A stretch of DNA of 64,000 nucleotides from Dicyema japonicum (Eukaryota > Animalia > Dicyemida), in assembly GCA_011109175.1 (NCBI GenBank), contig RDEW01000027.1, positions 62,001 to 126,000 of the forward strand. The letters are read 5' to 3'. A model generated the notes under the pieces. The model was given only the letters and a program-made list of their open reading frames with translations. It did no database searches and was not told the DNA's origin. This document shows, in pieces, positions 36,213 to 49,225 of this stretch (within the stretch, counting starts at the first letter, position 1; every line of letters begins with the position of its first letter). Both the position numbers and the translations under genes were made by a program.

Positions 36213-36944
36213 GGTTATATATCAAAAGATTCCAACCGAACTAACTAATTACATGATTTTAAGTCGATTTTTGATAGCGTCCCCATTTTGGCACGGTATT
36301 CATTTATCAAGTCCACTGGACAAACAGCTGAATTAACAGATCAAACGAATTTACGATTCCAGAGGAATCGATGAGTTAAAATTCTTTCAAAAGTCCATCA
36401 TTTGTCACTCCGTACGGTTTTTTGGATAGCTGACATCTTTTCGGTATTTGTCAAAAGATTGATAGTCCCCACAAAGTGTATGCGTAACACTCACCTGCGA
36501 TTGTTGTCAAAACAACCGAAGCAATAATCATTAAGTCCCTGATCTTCCTCTAGAAACTCGGACGTATGGCTTTGCTCAGAAGCCACAACTACTGTGAAAC
36601 GCAATGGCTCAACCAGTTGGTCTCTATAGCAGTCCAGAAGGGAAACGCCGCATCAATAAAGTCAGCGAGAATAAAATAATTACTTTCTACATCTTAAATT
36701 TAGATTTCTTGGTTTTTAAAATTAGGTTATTCAGGAAAATCATTATGCATATTTTTGATAATTTTAATGACCTAGAATTTAATAATTAAACTGTTGTAGG
36801 GAACAAACCATGGCACTGCGGCTAATCAGTTTTATAATTATTTCTAAGAGATTTTAAAACTAATTTTGTATGCTAATTTGAACGGCAGTGATTTAAAGAC
36901 AAAGATGCGTGTTGGCATAATTATTTACGTTATCAGGACGATTA

Positions 36945-38536
36945 ATGAAAAGAAAGAATAAAGATTTAAAATCATCAAGATCTGAAGATGCTGCATGGAT
37001 TAAACATACGAAAGACAGGAAGGATAGTATCCTTCCTGTGGAAACGCCTCTTGCTGTTGAATCTACATATGAACTTACACATAATAACGTTGTGAGACTT
37101 ATGAAGGATGCAGTAATAAAAAAAGTTATTTATTATGGTTATCGGGGCATTTAGATTAGATATACCCTTCTTATAATTTATGTTCTTGTTTCAATATCAA
37201 TATTCGTCTCAATTACTGTGCTGATAGGAATTACTCCAATTTGTTCAATACCAGAAAATTACAAATGGTACCAAAGAGCAGTGATTTACCGCTTGAATAT
37301 AAAACTCTTCTATGATTCCAATGGTGACGGATTTGGAGACATGAAAGGTATAATTCACCTCACATAACCAACGTAGGAATTATGATAAAAGGTGGATATC
37401 TGCAATCGATAAAAATTGATGCAATCTTGATTACTGTATTTAATACCAAATACGTTTTGTAGGATCATTTATTGAATAACGAGGAAACTATAGCAGATTT
37501 GATAAAATTATGTCAGAAAATGAATGAATTTGGTGATTATGTTTTATAAATATCCAGGTATTAAGGTACTTATCTCTTTAAGAGAAAAAGAGATACAAGA
37601 TGATGAAAAGGTCAATCTATCGATAATTTTAGGCTATATTGAATAAAGTAAGTCATCTAATTGCTGGAGTCATTTTTCTAAAACAATTAGACTCTGCTGA
37701 GTTTGAGGCACAACGGAAGGTACTCATTGAATTGTTTCCTAACATGTAATTGCGATTTATGTCAATTTCAGAATAATTGGAATGCTGGCGAATTCCGAAG
37801 TAAACATTGACTTATTGGATTTTGTCATCTATTTATTTGAATGGGATCCCATTAAACCAAATTTAACGGTTAAGGTAAACGGGACCAAATTTGCTGACAA
37901 ACCCTACAAAGGTTATATAGTTAGTTTATATTTGTCTAATATTAGTCATCTATTGAGTTAGGGGAGAAAAGAACAAATCTTAACTTATTAATGTTATTCC
38001 AAGGATGGACTGTTGTAATAAATAGTGGAGATGAGCTCGGATTTAGAGCTGAAAGTTGTAACGATGAATCTGTAATGAATTGGGATAGTACGATGCCAAG
38101 CAATGGTTTTAGCACTAACTTAGCCCTGAAAGATAAAACTTCCTGTTGTATATATGGAGTGAAAGTAACTTTACTTTAACATAAAAGAGTCAATCAGCAA
38201 AAGATTTTCCATCCTCGAATTTGACGCTTTTCAGGCGTTTAGTAGAGATTATCCATATTAATACATTTAAATGGGGGGAAACCAGAGTTTTTGAAATATA
38301 TGATATGATTTGTTACCTGATTACAAGAGCTGGCCTTCAATCGTACTTAGTTGTTGCACACACCGGAAACCCTAACTATAAAATACGCCATCCAATGTCA
38401 AATATATTTTTATTTTAGCGACATTCATAGGAGAACAGGAATTGAGTCTGGAACTGACAGTGATACTGGCAAACCTTATGACCTTAAACAATACTATATG
38501 ATAGAAGGAAGAAATATTCAAGTTTTCTTAGTCTAA
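36945..38536 (+). CDS. SLC3-family amino-acid transporter heavy chain-like (rBAT/4F2hc), type II membrane protein with degenerate GH13 ectodomain
   Basis: Cytosolic N-terminus, one TM helix (YTLLIIYVLVSISIFVSITVLI), Cys (PIC), then WYQRAVIYRLNIKLFYDSNGDGFGDMKG. Introns are 22-30 nt. The 3' exon structure is only partly resolved. Confidence 0.7.
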
Positions 38537-38649
38537 TTAATGGTAACTAACATATTTAATGTCATTAAATGGTCTTTTTTGGTTTACTTGGGGTACTAAG
38601 CATTACCTTAGACATTTGAACCGCCTGACATTATGTAGTTAAAGAAAAC

Positions 38650-39450
38650 CATCTCCCAAGTAGCCAACGATGGAATAGAATTCTTGAGTGTTGAGAAATT
38701 TGTCACAACATAAGAGCTTCATCAGATGGATGACTCATTTTTTATCAAGAAAAATAATTAGAACCTTCGCTAGAGCCATTATACTTAAGCTCTGCATGAA
38801 CAGGGCACAACTTTATTAAAAACAGTTATGCTAACTAATCATTGAAAAGAGCCAAGGAATTTGAGTCCCTTCAAACAATCAGCTTCCGCAATGATGACGT
38901 CATCACTCGTTAGATTAAGAAGCTTTGTAGATGCGTGGATAAGATTTGCTAACTAAGCCAAACACCTTTTTTATATCAATTGAAACAAAAACAGTTATAT
39001 CACATTGGATAAAAGTATTTAAACCGTCAGAAATTAATTGAACTAGTTTTGGTGAGAATTTTATGCTGAAGTCATTTAAAAGGCGTATACCTCGAAGAAC
39101 GGAGAGATATTTAAAAAAAACAGTTTTTTAGAACACGTGAAAATATCAATACATAATCTTTGGTGAAGAACTCAAGAAAATTCATTGAACAGATAAAGGA
39201 GCTTTCATCCCATATGAAATGGATTATAAAATGAAAACCTCACTATGAGTTTAAGTAATCAATATATTTGTATCACATAGAGATCATTGGTAAAGACAGG
39301 TTATAAGATAAATTCACCGGATTAACCCCAAGGATGAAAGAGGTTGAGATGCGAAAATTTTATGTGGGAACGACAATTCAGCTTGCGTCCATGTAAATTT
39401 TGTAAAGACTCCATGTTTCATTGAGACATGAGATTAAAAGAGACTCCAGT
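38650..39450 (+). mobile_element. Highly decayed hAT (Buster/FAM200-like) transposase relic
   Basis: TISFRNDDVITR*IKKL resembles the IPLSNNTVSRRI motif; many stops. Confidence 0.4.
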
Positions 39451-39989
39451 TTCCAACTTGAGTAGAGTGACTGAAAAGTTGCGTTTAAAAATATGAAAAT
39501 TGATTTTAAGTCAATTAAATTTTCCCAAAGATTTAATTGTTGACATATTATGCTAAAAAGTTGACCTATTACGCTATAAAGTTGACCTAAAAAAATTGAT
39601 TTTATTTTTCCAACAACTATACTCTTCTAATTTGGAAATCTGCTCTTGTTGTCGTTAACTTAGTATTGACCCAAAAAATTATATTTTAACATATAAAATC
39701 AAAATTTTGATTTTCTCTAACTTGAAGACCTAACGAATTGATTCCCAAAAATTTTACTTTAACGTTATTTTGGAAAAAATAAAAGTTTTGATCTCTTTAA
39801 CATGAGAACCCACTCTTGTGGACATTATCTTATATTGGAGGTTCCCAACCTTGTCTTTCTATCAAGAATATTTTACTCTTACCTCAATTAGGCCTACTAT
39901 AAAAATTGCCTTATGCCCAAAAATCGATTGGTATAAAAAATACAAAAACATGCATATTCAAGTATAACAGCAGATACACCAGTATACCA

Positions 39990-41230
39990 GCTGTATAAGA
40001 AAGCGGCTGCTGACATTACGGAGTAAGCGTTTCCGCGGACAACTGCGATCCCTATTCGTTGCCTTAGCCAGACCGCTTCCCGCACGTCTTTTTTGCGGTG
40101 GGCCAATTTCCCCCCTTCAAGAGCACGCATGACAATGTTGTTGGTAGCAGCATGGCGGGGTGCTCTGTCCGCACTCCTTTTGCACGAAAGCAGATGCAGC
40201 CCTTTGGCATCGACGATCCCTCGACAACGACATCGGTGTTCGACGCAAACATCAACTCCCAGGCGTTGTGCGATCCCAATCCGAATACAGTCATCGTCCA
40301 AAAGGGTCCCCAGAGAGGAACACGGGAGTGCATCCAGCCACGCTCCGCTCCCATGGTTGGCGGCGGACACGAGGCATGCAAGACGATGTTGGTTGGCCTC
40401 AGACTTTAGCAGGTCGAAGATATTCTTAGAGTAGATCTCGTCGAAGACTTTTTCCCAAGAATTTCCGGTTGGAAAACGTAAGATATCCACTTGAGAGCGA
40501 TGACACATATGCTGGAAAGGCAATCTCCAGCGCCGACCTGAGACCCGTACCTCCGAGGCGTGTAGGAAGCTTGCATTGATTCCAACTCGGCACGTTAAAG
40601 TGGATGTTTGGAAGCAATTCAGCTGATTTTCTCAATGTCCTATCCAGTGACAGGAAGATGTCACGATATTTGAAGCAGGGAGAACAACGGAGAGTGTATA
40701 AGAGTTTGGGTAAGCCGATGCTATTTTTTAAAAGGAAGAACGCTGTATGAGCATCGAGTAAGGAAAGTTTCTCCGTAACTATAGAGAGTTCGTCCTCTTT
40801 TGTTAGTAGATGGCTCCGCAGTTCCTTTTCGTCAAGTGGGCACCCAAGAAAGTATGTCCGCTCCCTGGGTACGACAGTAATTCCAGGTAGTACCGAGTGA
40901 AAGACTCGACCACGTTGATAAAATCACTCTCCGAGTATGTGATATTTATTAGCTCCGATTTTGTTACATTTATCTCAAGTCCGAGGTTTCGTAGTGCCAG
41001 CACGGCATGTGACAGAACGTCATGAACTTTTCTCCACGTCCGTCCAATCTTGGCGTCATCAATATACCAGAGGTTTAGTTGTGTGTTGAGAGAGAACAAT
41101 TTCATCGATGGCCAGAGCGAAGAAAAGTGGATTAAGTGGGTCCCCTTGTTGGACTCCAGTCTCCGAACGGATAATCTTGTCCCCGAAAACCAGTGAAGAA
41201 TTGGTTCCGTAAGCGAGGTAGACAAGTGGA
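39990..41230 (-). mobile_element. CRE-clade non-LTR retrotransposon, internally deleted
   Basis: LWYIDD (RT), QCKLPTRLGGTGL, GAWLDALPCSSLG, CRC...GLHLLSC, RH, RIGIAVVRGNA. Confidence 0.8.
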
Positions 41231-42619
41231 ATAAGTTCCGGGGCTCGTTTGCTTGTAGTTTCGAAAAATTTACCCCTCCTCAGTGAATTGAAGGCATTGC
41301 AGATGTCCAGATTGACCCCAATGTGTGGGTTTTGTTTGTCTTTCTATCCAAAAAGCACCTCGCAGCATGCACTGCAGGTCGCATCCGTTCCTTACACCAA
41401 CCCCCAGTTGGAGGGGGATAATTTTTCAGATATTCGTTTCTCTAAGTAGGAGGTCGATTTTTCTAAGAGTCCAGCTGATTATGTTGGGCCCTCCTTCATG
41501 TCACTTAGTGCCATTGGTGGTCCTGGTCCGGAGAGGATTTGATCGAAGATCTCCCCAAGCTGGTCAAATGAAAAAAACCAACGATTTTATCCATCTCCAA
41601 AGTGAAACTTTCCTGAGCGAGCATAGCGAATGTTTTTCCACGGGCATAGCGAATTTTTTTGTTTATTATAAAACATAATTATGTAATTTTAACATTATTT
41701 TTATTAAAATTTCTCTCATGTTTGAAAGTTTCAATAGCTCACTCGAAACTGCGAAAAGATGCAGCATTGTTTCTTAGATAAACTTATATTTTTAACTATA
41801 CAGAGAGTTAACAACTACTAGAAGCTTATTTCCGCCAGGCTGGGCACTCTTTAGGATTGAAAACCTATCTCCAATAACGTTTTTTTAGGAAATGAGCTCA
41901 ATAATCCAGATCCTTTCTCCAATATCCATCTTCCTCCTTGCGGAAGGCGATCCGATACAGTTCAGCAGGGTCAGTGATCTGCCTCCAAAATAAACAAACA
42001 TATTCTTCAATTTACCTTGCCCCAGTACGGCAAAGTTTGTCAGGCTGATTGGTCAGCTTGTAGTGCGGAAGCAAGATCCTAGAATGATAAGAAATTAATA
42101 ACGTGAATTAATAGGGTACTCATCGAAATTAATTGTGAGAATGCTATTATGAGCTTCCAAAAATTAAAAGAATTCAGACTTATAAATTTAGGAGGCCGAA
42201 TTAACAATAAAAAATCAAATATATAGTTTTTAGAAATAAGCTGAAACTAGGGAAACCTGATCGCACTTAGAACCTAAAATTCTTATTCAAACTGACCTAT
42301 ATAGTTATTTTAATGTAAATTGTGATGATTTCGAACATGGAATAACAAGGAATAGTATTCTTACATGTGTTTAATATTTTAGTTTTTATTAAAATAATTA
42401 ATTAAAAATAAAAATGGCATTTATAGCAAATAAATTGAAAAATGGCATTTAAAACCAAAAATGGCAAAAAGGGCATCTATAATTTAATAATATTCGCACT
42501 TTCCGAGGACCATATCAGTTATAGCTCCCCTCAGCCAGAACGCACACTTTATTTTAAGCAAAGAACAGTTATAGTAGGTAATCGAGAAGGATCAAGGAAT
42601 GCTCTTCACTTTTTAGTTT

Positions 42620-42795
42620 TCTTTTCCTTGGGTGTATGTCCTTTATAGACAATCCGGTTCCACTGTAAAGTTTACTGATGACGGCGTCACTCGTCAAGCC
42701 AAAGCATGTTGATGCGTGGAACCTTCAACCGAAATGTGCAGTATCGGGATTCGAACTTGCGACCTTCAGGCCTCTTGCCCGGCAACCTTCAATTT
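42620..42795 (-). mobile_element. tRNA-derived SINE (family A)
   Basis: B-box AGTTCGAATCC, core TTGACGAGTGACGCCGTCATCAG and the family tail. Confidence 0.8.
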
Positions 42796-43639
42796 TGTAA
42801 AGATAAAACATTTTTAATTAATTTTCATATAATTTATCTCATCAATAAAAAATGACCATTCCTTTAAAAATGGATTCTATGGCAAAAAATGGCCCTAGTC
42901 ATAACTTTCAAAATCTGAACTCTTCAAATTTTTTTCAATATTGACCATAATTTTCCAATGCTCAAAAAATAATTTTTTCAGAAGTGGCTGACTCCAGTAT
43001 GAAGGGATAGATGAGGATAAATTGGTGGTACATTCATCTACAAGGAAGAGAGCGATTGCCATCGATTTAAATAATTAGTTGACATACATATCTTTATTTA
43101 TGAAGTATCTACTTTGACTCATAGTGAATAAAAGCTTCCTTCTTCTCGTAAGCATGGACTAAGTGATAAACTCAAAAGACATCAGAAATCTGAAGCTCTG
43201 AACAAAGGAAGTGTTTGGATGCGGTAGGATCCAGCTGCATGTATAGGATGATAGTTAATATGATTCTATCTTAGTCAATTGCACTCCCACGTTACTCATA
43301 AACACACGAATACTTAATGTTGCGATTCTGTCGTGTTATTCACTATCCGTTCTACCAGTTTTCTCCATGTAACTTTTGTTCTAGCATTTCATTGAAGAAT
43401 CCATGTATAAGGTTTCCGGTCTAGTCTTCGAAGCTAGTCCTCTAGCCTTGAAAGTTTCAATTTTAAACGGGGTAGAACAGACATACTGAAAGTACGATGA
43501 AGACATAGACATTATTAAAGAGATGTTTACCGTTATATGTATTTTACTAAAAGTCACTACTCAACCAACAGACTATTAACTGTTTTAAGTATTTTATTTA
43601 AAAAAAGTCAACAAAAAACATAAAATTATTATTATTACC

Positions 43640-44492
43640 CAAGGATCACTGGATCAAAGAGAAAAAAAATAAAAGTTCTCAACTAACTAAGTGATCCCAG
43701 ACCGACAAGGAAAAGACGAGTCCGGCGGAGTTGGAAATTCCTGTACTGTTCTTCTCATCGTACATGGCATCGGCTCAAACTTTTTACGTGTTTTTAGATA
43801 TTTCGATAGTATATGAAACAAGGGGAAGCTCGGTTGACTGGTCGCCATTAAGAATTTTCGTTGTAATTCAATTAGAAGATTTTCAATAAGTTGGATCTGT
43901 GTTCTGGTTCAAAAAAGTGCATAAAATAAGTTATTTTACTAAAAAGTTTATTTATTTATTTATTTTAATAACCCCGGGAACACCGAGAAAGAAAGACAAA
44001 AGAGTCAAAAAGTTAGGTGATCCCAGTCCTCGCAATCAATTGTGCCATTCGACGTCTGTGATCTTCCATCGTCCCCACTACTTTCCGGAAGAGCCTTCTC
44101 TCGGTCTTGCAGAGGAATCCGATCGGGGAGGGGAATTTCTTATCCAATCGGTTTTCTCTTGCCATGGAAAGGATCAGGCGAAGCGGATTTCCATCTTCCT
44201 CACAGACGCGAAGAAATCCGGAGCCACGACTACGGATCTTAGCTTCCATGAGTAGTGGGTCGACTGTTGATCCATTACGTGGGCAAAGCATACTGATTGT
44301 TTTCTGGTGTATCGAGTTGACTCTTTGGACCATAGACTCCGATAGCGCGAATCTCCATGCAACGGAGGCATACTCAACGGCAGGCGCGATTGTTTGTTGG
44401 TAGAGGGTAGAAACGGAAAAGTCCATGTTCCTCGTGGTCCTCCGGACAAGGGCGCGTAAAACGTTAACTTTCTGGAGGCCCCTGGTAATCAT
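43640..44492 (-). mobile_element. Two Vingi-like LINE 3' ends (post-RT ORF plus 3' UTR)
   Basis: ORF 44013-44492 (LYQQTIAPAVEYASVAW) is followed by the tail CGGTGTTCCCGGGGTTATT; a second tail lies at 43640-43780. Confidence 0.75.
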
Positions 44493-44572
44493 TAAAAAGT
44501 TAATTCTTATAAATATAACTGATTTTAATTTATTTAAAAAAATTAAATAAATGAAATAACTGATTTTGATTT

Positions 44573-45747
44573 AATGTCACCGGTAACGTGCATTGCGCCA
44601 ATCAACATAGCGATAATAAAATACTGTATTCTGAAATAATCAAGCCTTAGGGGGGAAAAGAAACAGTGATATTATCCTCCCTATTAACTCTTCTCTTAGT
44701 GTCACACTTAATACCGATCAACTTTGCACAAAAACGACCATATACGAGAATAACGGATCAGAAGATGTTTTTTATTTGAATGGAAAACGGACGGAACTGC
44801 CATCTCGAGCCAATAAAGTGATCAACGAAAGTAATAATCATTTATATGTTAAGTTAGAAAAACAAATGAGACAAAACTTTTAATCATCACAGTAAACAAC
44901 TTTCCTACAGCTGCTGGACTTGCTTCCTCGGCTTCAGGCTATGCATGTTTGGCAACATCAGTTTGTACATTCTATGGAGTCCCCCTTTCTCCAATTTACG
45001 CCAGAATTGGTTCAGGAAGTGCTTGTAGAAGCATGTTTGGGGGATTTGTTGAGTGGGAGATGGGTAAAGAAGACGATGGCAAGGATTCAGTTGCTGTTCA
45101 ACTGCCATACGACTGGCCTGGACTGCGGGTTCTCATTTTTGTTGCCAGTGATTCCCAAAAGTCAGTGAGTTCTACCAATGGGATGCAAACCACTGTCGAA
45201 ACAAGCAATCTCCTCGCCAATCGAGTATCCCATTCTGTCCCGAAACGTTTAAAAGACATCAAGTTATCTATCGAAAACAGGGACTTCGATTCCTTTGGAA
45301 GAATAATGATGGAGGTAGTCTTCGTTTATTATCCATTAGGATAGCAATGAAATGCACGCCACAATGATGGATTCATTTCCTCCCATTCGTTATATTTCTG
45401 ACCGTTCATTTTCACTTTTAATGTCCATTCACAGGCTGAATAGTGCTGCTGGAAGGACAGTTGCCTCGTACACTTTCGACGCTGGCTCAAATGCATTTGT
45501 TTTTGTAATGGAGGACAACGCTGATTACTTATATGCATGCATGTCGTCTTTAGCTGGAAAACCTGATGGATTGATTGTGATAGGACTGCCTTTAAAGATT
45601 CCGGAATCTTTTCAAAATGTGTTTAAAGGCACGTCGGAGGATTTTGGGGTTAAATATATAATCAGCACTAAAGTTGACAAGTCTTTATTTTAGGTTGGAG
45701 AAGGTCCTTTAATGTCTGATGATCACATTTCTAGACCAAATGAATGA
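44573..45747 (+). CDS. MVD: Diphosphomevalonate decarboxylase
   Basis: APINIAIIKYWGKRN, NNFPTAAGLASSASGYACL, ARIGSGSACRSMFGGFV, DSNEMHATMMDSFPPI, YTFDAGSNA. Introns include 44626-44650 and 45673-45693. Confidence 0.95.
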
Positions 45748-46164
45748 GATTTATTCCGATCTATAATCTAATAATCTGTTCGAAATAATAATTTTAATTA
45801 TTTTGTTCTATTATTGCTATCGAGATTGAGTTTTCGGTTATATTCCAATTTAATGGCGCTATTATTAGAATCATCTGTTGGTTGGACACCTCTAATAATT
45901 TCTATCTTTCTATCGTACTCTCAGCCTGTCTATTCTACCCCGTTTCAGTTGCTACTTTCAACGACAGAAAACTCGGTTGCTTTGAATACTAAACAAGAAT
46001 CCTTATCATGGATTCTTCGATTAACTGTAGATATGTAGCAGGAGGAAAATTACAGATAGTGAAGAGCACGGCAAAACTGGAACATAAAGTATTCATATAT
46101 TAATGGGAAACGCAGGAGTGCATTTAACTATCTAACTTAAAACAATTGGATTATGTGTTAAAAA

Positions 46165-47090
46165 TAGGGCCATTTAAATGCTATAAAAATATTATGCCGG
46201 GTAATGCAAAAATAATGGCTTTACCAGGGACTATAAAAATGAGTTCAAATTTTTGTGATATTTAAATTATATGATTTTACAATTCATATTTGATCATAAT
46301 TTAATCTGAATAATCAAAAATGTAATTTTTAATTCACTAGTTATTTATTTTGACTTTAAATGCTATATTTTAACCACAATCAATAAAACGTGTTTGATTT
46401 ACTGTAATATCAAAAAAAATTTAATCAATATGTAACAAATCTAAGATTTATGATCCACGATTCATCAAAGAAATGTAGAAGTTCTACGATAAATCAAAAT
46501 ATCTTTTAAAAGATATCGGATGTCCTCCAGATGTTGTTACCACAAGGTATTCCTGAATAATTTTTAGATGGGGTAGTTGGTTTGTTTCAGTAAAACACTA
46601 TTTGAAAATTACGACGCCATATGTGATATAATGAGTTCTTTTGAATGTGAGGGAATTCTACAACCGCAATCAATTCAATTGATTGTAACGACATGTGTTG
46701 AAAGGTTATAAAAAAAGTTAAAGTTTTAATGGGAAAAAAAAGAAATTTCAATGACACTAATGTGAAAAACTATATGATTATGAGCTATAACAAATATTTG
46801 ACATTTTTTGTTTTATAATAGGAGAGAAGATGGATGCATTTTTCTCCAGTATTGGACGAAGTCTTGCTTCAAAAAGATGCGAACTCCTCAAAAGACTCTG
46901 GTTGTGAAGGAGGTTTAAAATGGTGGTGATCAGAGGAAACGCCTTCGCAATCCTGGCCTTTACACTAAAAATCTCTACTTGTTTTCTTTTTTCAAAAAAT
47001 TTTTTTAAATGCTATTTTTTGGTTTAAAAATTCTATAATGATATTTCAAAGTGCTATATTTTAAATTTTGCTGCTATAAAAAATTCCCTA
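46165..47090 (+). mobile_element. Internally deleted hAT-like transposon (TAGGG...CCCTA ends)
   Basis: CPPDVVTTRWGSWFVSVKHY (TRW motif), spliced over 46547-46567; subterminal TGCTAT repeats at both ends. Confidence 0.65.
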
Positions 47091-47189
47091 GTTAGCTACT
47101 TTTTTAAGTAAGAATACTTAAAACAGTTTGATTATGTGTCATTATAATTCTCCGCTCCATTGGATGTTTTAAATAAATTAAATTACATT

Positions 47190-47412
47190 CCAAAGACCAA
47201 GGGTAACCAATCTAACTAACTCTTTGAGTCGTTCCATCATTCCAGAACTTGTCACAAGGTAACGACGTTGTCCCCGGGGAAGAATTGTTGGATCCTCTTG
47301 ATGCCGGCCAGGCATTGGGCGCCTCCTCAGTAAGGTGGATCCAGTGACGCCATCGGAAGGAAGGAAAATAATTTTGACAAACTATCCATGTAGCACCACA
47401 TGGCGCCACGCG
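47190..47412 (-). mobile_element. Non-autonomous bipartite element (family B variant)
   Basis: Head GCCATGTGGTGCTAC, pseudoknot at 47290-47351, and a tail shared with 6495. Confidence 0.8.
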
Positions 47413-47640
47413 AAATTTCCGATAGGTTTCCATAACTGTAAAGAATTGGCGTCTTCTACCTTTTATATGGTTCTGGGCGGACTTGATGCCATTGGAAAAA
47501 TTATGTTTTTGTGACAATGAGAACTGGACTCACTTAAGTAATTGTTATCTATCAACTTCTATCTTACTGTATCCGGATTTAATAATAATAATGAATTAGC
47601 ATGCATTTCTGGTGATAGAGAACACATTCCCTCTTTGCTC

Positions 47641-48487
47641 GGTGTCCGGACATTTGGTCGACAGACATTTAGCCGACAGAAAATTCTGGTTTTAAAATTC
47701 AGAGATAAAATTCAAGATAAAAACATTTACTTAAAAGTTATGAGAAAGCGCAGTCAAAAATTCTACTGGAGTGTAATCATCATATTTTTTCAATAATAAT
47801 GTTTATCATTTTGTACACATCCTGGTACTTCTTTACTTGTTTTATTGTTATTCCGGCCATCACTTGTTCTACTGTGAGATCCCACTCCGACTGTTCTTTT
47901 CCTATTTTTGCAACAAGCCGACTAACGGTTGGATGTTTTATAGACACTTTGTGAAGAAGACATGTGCCATCCTTCAAGTAAATTCGTAGTTCTTGGGAGG
48001 CCTTCTGCTTGTCTGTCGTGTACATTCCACATTTCCAAACTAAACAATAGTCTTCTTCTTTTTCCACGTTGCAAGGCTCCGATCCATGTTGTCTCAAAAT
48101 AGGTCAGAATATCTCCCAACACGTCATCAGTTTCGTCATCTATAGTTTCAAGGAGCGCTCGGAAACTCTCAATGACTTGAGGTACAGGAACAAATGCCAG
48201 TGCTTGAATACTTTTAATTAAGTTTGCTCTTATTGGGTCATTATACCATGCCTGCAGTCCTAGATTTTATATTTTTCGTCATGAACACTGCCCAAAGTGA
48301 AAGTAAAAAATATTTTTTCATAAATTTGTTGAGATTTTTCTCGAGCAATAGCTTACACTAATGGAAACGTACATATTTCACATAATGTAACATGTATAGT
48401 GTATAACTGAAAACCTAATCGGCCAAATGTCCTAGTACCGTAGGGGTGTGTCGGCTAAACGTCTGTCGGCCAAATGTCCTAGTACCC
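47641..48487 (-). mobile_element. MULE/Mutator-like deletion derivative with TIRs
   Basis: TIRs GGACATTTGG[T/C]CGACAGAC[A/G]TTTAGCCGACA, flanks CTTTGCTC/TTTTGCTC, and transposase C-terminus YFETTWIG...WNVHDR...RTTNLLEGWH. Confidence 0.85.
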
Positions 48488-48699
48488 TTTTGCTCTTAAT
48501 TAGTCATTCTTCTTTTCGGTTTTTACTCATCTTTTTTGGATTGTCATTTGTCAGAATTTTTTTTCTATTTTTCTGTTTAGTCAAGATTAAGATAGTAACT
48601 ATTTCACAGAATGCCTACTTAATTTTATGATTATATGAAAGCCTTTATCTTCCTTCTTCTTGTGAGCATGGAAGTGGAGATTTTATGCAGTTTTGCGCG

Positions 48700-49225
48700 G
48701 TGTCGTTCGTGCAACGTTAATGTGGTATCGTATGGCTACTTGTTTGAAGATTTCGTTTGCGTTCTTCTGTTCTCCCCCGTGTTCTCCTAGAGTCATGTCA
48801 TGTGATCTACCTGTCTCAGGTTGAGCCTAGTGTGATACAAAAAAGGATCATTTTCTCTCCCCTACTCCATTTGAATGGTCCCCATAACTGCCAGGATTTG
48901 AGGCTTTCTTTCCTTTCAGTTGTTTCTGAATGGACTTGTGTGACATGGAAGTACTTTCTTTTCTGTGACCGTGGGAACTGGATACAATTAATTAGTTGTA
49001 AACTATTAATTTTTTTATTACACAAGTTCCTCCAGAACCCAATAAAAAAAACTTTATTCCTCGTAGTTGTGAGAACCATTTTTAAAGAAGTGGAAGAGAA
49101 CATACGATCCATCTTGGCACTGAGTGCCACTTGATACAGATGTATCACATGACGTCACTCGGAAGATAGGGAAGAGAATAAAAGATGATAAAAAACCTTC
49201 CACCAAGTAGCTCGTGGGGGAAATC
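48700..49225. mobile_element. Two convergent decayed family B elements (+ 48700-49015; - 49105-49225)
   Basis: Pseudoknot remnants at 48795-48850 and 49106-49156. Confidence 0.65.

Noticed and set aside
40093-40434. GC-rich plus-strand ORFs (also 10910, 32499, 44042, 44107, and minus-strand 51405)
   Set aside because: These are antisense shadows of retroelement coding sequence with no protein motifs.
42675-42712. Hammerhead-like CUGAUGA followed by a GGC/GCC stem
   Set aside because: It lacks the G10.1-C11.1 pair and the GAAA, no stems I/III are evident, and it lies antisense to the SINE. It is simply the SINE core read backwards.
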